In this document: positions 63,191 to 64,000 of the stretch, piece by piece
How positions within the stretch are numbered: position 1 is the first letter of the stretch
Layout of the letters: each line of letters starts with the position of its first letter
NCBI GenBank assembly: GCA_964658305.1
Contig: OZ210885.1
Span: 4,960,001-5,024,000 of the forward strand
Length of the DNA stretch: 64,000 nt
Source: Leptogorgia sarmentosa
Lineage: Eukaryota
Direction: 5' to 3'
Notes under the pieces: model-generated
The model's input: the letters and a program-made list of their open reading frames with translations, nothing else
What the model was told of the DNA's origin: nothing
Database searches by the model: none
Translations under genes and position numbers: made by a program

Positions 63191-63381
63191 TATTAAAATG
63201 TTTATTTTCGGAGTTACCGTTGTTTTATATTTTATTAAAATACTCAGTGGTTACCGTAAGTTTCTTTCTCAATATGACTTGGTTTGTTCTTTTCTTTCCT
63301 TTCCTTACAGTCTTCAAGAATGTCTCGTTATCTCCGATTTCCATGTCTTTACTTCCATTGCTGACCATGGTGACCATGTGG

Positions 63382-64000
63382 TCAAACTCTTCCTTTCCCC
63401 ACTCTCTGAAGTAGCGACCAATTATGTGGATCGTACATCCACTGGTCAGTGCCAGGTGTTATGGTTGAAAGGGAGGAAGTGGTGAATATTTCAACTCTCC
63501 GTTGGACATTTGCATTGTCTCCAAAGTCCGGCACTGCATTGGTGGTGATGTAAAATGGGCTGTGGCAAATCATGTGTCTTGGTTGCGTGTGCTTTACCGC
63601 AGTTACTAACCAACCGCCTTGCAGATTGGTCTTTGCAAGTTCAGCGGGCATTGTGCTTGCACACCATTCGTCAATGATGATGAGTTGGGTGTCCTCGTTG
63701 AGCAGAAAATTGGCGCTTGTTGGTGATGGAAGCGATGTACTGGGCTGGAACAATGCATGAGGGATATGTGCCCACAAGGTCTTGCCAGAGTCGCGAGGTC
63801 CTGCAACAACCAATTTTCGAGTTTTCTGTGGGATTTTATGGGCGAGTAGGCACTGGTAGAATTTGTTGATGAAGTTGGTTCGCACGTCATCTTCGGGAAA
63901 CAAATTGTATACCCCTTGAGGTGGTGTGGAGGAGTCATAGGGTATGTAGGCTCGCGGCGTCAACCTCCCAATGCATGATTCATGGATGGCATTTGGTATG
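63382..64000 (-). pseudogene. SF3 helicase (Walker A, B and motif C), runs off the window end
   Basis: KLVVAGPRDSGKT, LIIIDEW, FYITTNAVPDFG, VQRRVEIF. Confidence 0.85.

Overview
AT-rich eukaryotic (invertebrate, probably cnidarian; this is inference) DNA that is almost entirely a mosaic of short, decayed mobile-element and virus fragments. No prokaryotic operon, rRNA or CRISPR array is visible. Main contents: (1) a near-identical 3522-bp tandem repeat (2.3 copies, 1791-9930) carrying a tRNA-Thr(AGT)-derived SINE and two convergent, apparently intact Cys/His-rich genes, one a 4-exon RING-like gene that the ORF track only partly captures; (2) two clusters of Polinton/Maverick (adintovirus-like) remnants: packaging ATPase, Bcl-2-like gene (twice), zf-GRF, DEDD-type nuclease, adenain protease, major capsid protein and a secreted LRR protein; (3) four hammerhead ribozyme motifs, one with a perfect core; (4) remnants of piggyBac x3, hAT x4, Tc1 DD37E, Helitron, Gypsy, DIRS/Ngaro, Penelope and L2/CR1 elements; (5) TIR elements with clear target-site duplications; (6) recurrent replication-type genes (RPA-like OB-fold x3, DUF3987-like ATPase x2, SF3 helicase x2, tyrosine recombinase). 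Most recognisable coding fragments lie on the minus strand, which suggests a uni-strand piRNA-cluster-like locus. All family assignments come from motif recognition by eye, not database searches, and the ends of decayed fragments are approximate.
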